A stretch of 64,000 nt of DNA from contig CAVSHO010000011.1 in assembly GCA_963727825.1 (NCBI GenBank), positions 320,001 through 384,000 of the forward strand. The letters run 5' to 3'. Position 1 is the stretch's first letter; each line of letters begins with the position of its first letter. Both the position numbers and the translations under genes were made by a program. This DNA comes from Ignavibacteriota bacterium. Lineage in GTDB: Bacteria > Bacteroidota > Ignavibacteria > UBA10030. The notes beneath the pieces were generated by a model that saw nothing but the letters and a program-made list of their open reading frames with translations, searched no databases and was not told the origin of the DNA. Shown here in pieces: positions 61,816 through 64,000 of this stretch.

Positions 61816-63063
61816 TTAGATGAGAGAAAGATTTCTAAGGTTTTGCTCTAATGTTGATAATTTCGGTTCGATGTCGATTGTCTGCCCTACTGCTTTCTTT
61901 GCAGACGCAATATCTTTCAATCCATTCCCCGTAATAACTGCGACTGCAGATTCATCCGGTTTGGTGACACCTTGCGCAATAGCTTTCTTCAATCCTGCAA
62001 TGCCTGCAACACCAGCCGGTTCGCCAAATACTCCTCCGAGTCGCGCTGTCAATCGCATAGCACTTAAAATTTCTTCATCTGAAACCGCAATCATAGTTCC
62101 ATTCGATAATTTAATTTGCTGAATTGCGCGGCGCCAATTACGCGGCGTTCCGACGGCAATGCTGTCCGCGATTGTATCGGGTTGTGATGGTACCAAATCT
62201 TTCCCCGAAAAGAAAGCATCCATTAACGGCTTTGAACCTTCTGCTTGCACACCAAGCAAACGCGGAACCCGATTTATAAATCCGAGCCGTTTCATTTCTT
62301 GTAATCCTTTTCCGATCCCGCCAATCGTACAACCATCTCCAACTGAAACAACCACCCAATCTGGAATCGCAAAACCAAATTGCTCGCCAATTTCCAATCC
62401 TGCTGTTTTTTTCCCTTCCACTAAAAAAGGATTCGTGCCGCTGTTGCGATTATACCAGCCGAACTTTTCACACGCTTCGCGGCAAAGGTCGAATGCTTGT
62501 TCGTACGTTCCCTGTACACGAATCACTGTCGCGCCAAAAATGAGCAATTGTGTTACTTTTGGTTCCGGGGCACGCTGTGGAACGAAAATGAAATTCCGCA
62601 ATCCAACCGATGCAGATATTCCTGCCAGCGATGATGCTGCATTGCCGGTTGAAGCACAAGCAATTGTTTTGAATCCAAACTCCTGTGCTTTCATTACACC
62701 AACCGAACTTGCGCGATCCTTAAATGAATTCGTCGGATTGCGCCCGTCATCTTTCAGAAACAATTTCGAGATACCGATGGCTTGTGCAATACGCGGTACA
62801 TCATACACAGGAGTCCATCCGACATGCAAATGTGGAAAAGAGATGTCAGGTGAAATGGGAAGCAATTCACGATAACGCCAATGATTAAATTGTCGATTGG
62901 AGATAATGGACTTTAGATTGGGAATTGAGTTATAATTGTATTGGACATCGAGAATGCCCTCAACACCGCAGACCGGACAAGTGAAAACGTTGCCGTAGGT
63001 TACAATTCTGCCGCATACAAGGCAGCGTAGGTTTTTAACAAATTCAGGTTTTCGGACTTCCAT
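61816..63063 (-). CDS. thrC: Threonine synthase-like PLP enzyme
   Basis: CxxC/CxxC N-terminus, NPTNSFKDR, CASTGNAA, EGKKT, ADSIAVG, TGNGLKD; its role in this operon may not be threonine synthesis. Confidence 0.8.
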   Translation of the reverse strand: MEVRKPEFVKNLRCLVCGRIVTYGNVFTCPVCGVEGILDVQYNYNSIPNLKSIISNRQFNHWRYRELLPISPDISFPHLHVGWTPVYDVPRIAQAIGISKLFLKDDGRNPTNSFKDRASSVGVMKAQEFGFKTIACASTGNAASSLAGISASVGLRNFIFVPQRAPEPKVTQLLIFGATVIRVQGTYEQAFDLCREACEKFGWYNRNSGTNPFLVEGKKTAGLEIGEQFGFAIPDWVVVSVGDGCTIGGIGKGLQEMKRLGFINRVPRLLGVQAEGSKPLMDAFFSGKDLVPSQPDTIADSIAVGTPRNWRRAIQQIKLSNGTMIAVSDEEILSAMRLTARLGGVFGEPAGVAGIAGLKKAIAQGVTKPDESAVAVITGNGLKDIASAKKAVGQTIDIEPKLSTLEQNLRNLSLI

Positions 63064-63305
63064 TTATTCCTCTAATTTTCAAGCAGCAATATGTCTTCCA
63101 GATTATATATTAATATAGTGCGCTTTCTAATAGAAATCGAGAGGAAGTTTTTGGACTATTACAAATTCGAGTAAATTTGCCGCTTGCTTATTTTATAATT
63201 CAATAAAAAGCGTCGTCTAATTAACTAATCACCGTTACAAGCAAATAACTTGCGTTTTGAAATTTAAAAGTATATTCTCTTCACAGCATAGGGAAGAGAT
63301 AATAA

Positions 63306-64000
63306 ATGTCAATCCTCATTAAAGATGGACTTATAGTTACGACAGACGGCGTAATAAATGTAGATATTTTTATCGAAAACGAGACAATCAAACGAATCGA
63401 ACCGCATCTTGATATAAACACAAATAGAATCATCGACGCATCTGGAAAATTTGTCATTCCTGGGGGCATTGATGTTCATACACACATGAGCCTGCCTATG
63501 GGTAAGACTATTTCGAGTGATGACTTTGAAACCGGAACTCGTGCAGCAGCTTTTGGCGGCACAACAACTATCATAGACTTCGCCCAACAATCAAAAGGAC
63601 ACTCACTTAATGAAGCCCTCGAATCCCGGCTGAAACAAGCAGCAAAATCTGTAATCGATTATGGTTTGCATATGATAATCGTTGACTTACCGGAACGAGG
63701 AGTTGTGGAGATGGATGAAATGATGAAGAAAGGCGTGACGAGTTTCAAACTCTTCACCGCGTATCCAGATCGATTGATGGTGGATGATAATACTATTTTT
63801 AGAATACTACGACAGGCAAAAACAAATGGCGGACTTGTTTGTGTACATGCAGAAGACTCAACAATGATCGAAGCACTCGTCGGGAAGGCATTGATGGAAG
63901 GGAAAACAGAGCCAAAGTATCATGCTGCAACACGCCCGGCCAAGGCAGAGGCAAATGCTGTAAAACGTGTCATCGAACTGGCGCAGCAAGCCGATGCGCC
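63306..64000 (+). CDS. hydA: Dihydropyrimidinase/hydantoinase (partial, runs off the right edge)
   Basis: Read manually from ATG 63306: MSILIKDG...PGGIDVHTH...DDFETGTRAAAFGGTTTIIDF...GVTSFKLF...VHAE. Confidence 0.92.
   Translation, partial: MSILIKDGLIVTTDGVINVDIFIENETIKRIEPHLDINTNRIIDASGKFVIPGGIDVHTHMSLPMGKTISSDDFETGTRAAAFGGTTTIIDFAQQSKGHSLNEALESRLKQAAKSVIDYGLHMIIVDLPERGVVEMDEMMKKGVTSFKLFTAYPDRLMVDDNTIFRILRQAKTNGGLVCVHAEDSTMIEALVGKALMEGKTEPKYHAATRPAKAEANAVKRVIELAQQADA

Noticed and set aside
62159-62875. 238-aa plus-strand ORF and other long antisense ORFs in the track (e.g. 32525-33067, 51583-52080)
   Set aside because: Shadow frames opposite well-supported genes, with no recognisable domains.

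Overview
Bacterial chromosomal window, probably from the Ignavibacteria/Chlorobi side of the FCB group. This is inferred from the lpxC-fabZ fusion plus ordinary Shine-Dalgarno and sigma70-type signals. Left to right it holds: a phosphorelay block (HPt, GAF-PAS hybrid kinase, output-less REC-PAS protein, two stand-alone receivers) around lptF/lptG; a PP2C-HerA-lipoprotein-coiled-coil run; mutS; the uppS-bamA-skp-skp-lpxD-lpxC/fabZ-lpxA-lipoate ligase-panB-surE operon; clpC, an rluE-like gene, an alpha/beta hydrolase and hemL; a compact type IV pilus/T2SS machinery cluster ending in a 1203-aa Ig-repeat lipoprotein; and a ~17 kb anaerobic purine/pyrimidine catabolic cluster (ygeY, PLP enzyme, ygeW, preA/preT-like, APC permease, xdh subunits, ssnA, thrC-like, divergent hydA). 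The most notable observations are: (1) a GxxExxY nuclease-fold gene inserted inside the xdh genes and bracketed by three related CTTTGCG-triplet arms, including a direct repeat that duplicates the translation start; (2) a candidate ~130-nt small RNA with anti-Shine-Dalgarno motifs; (3) four single-base frameshifts (mutS tail, PLP enzyme, ORF6N, xdh large subunit) that are either assembly errors or real lesions; (4) a variant urate/purine catabolic cluster lacking ygfK and ygeX in the window. No rRNA, tRNA, CRISPR array or transposase was recognised. All calls rest on motif recognition by eye; no searches were run.
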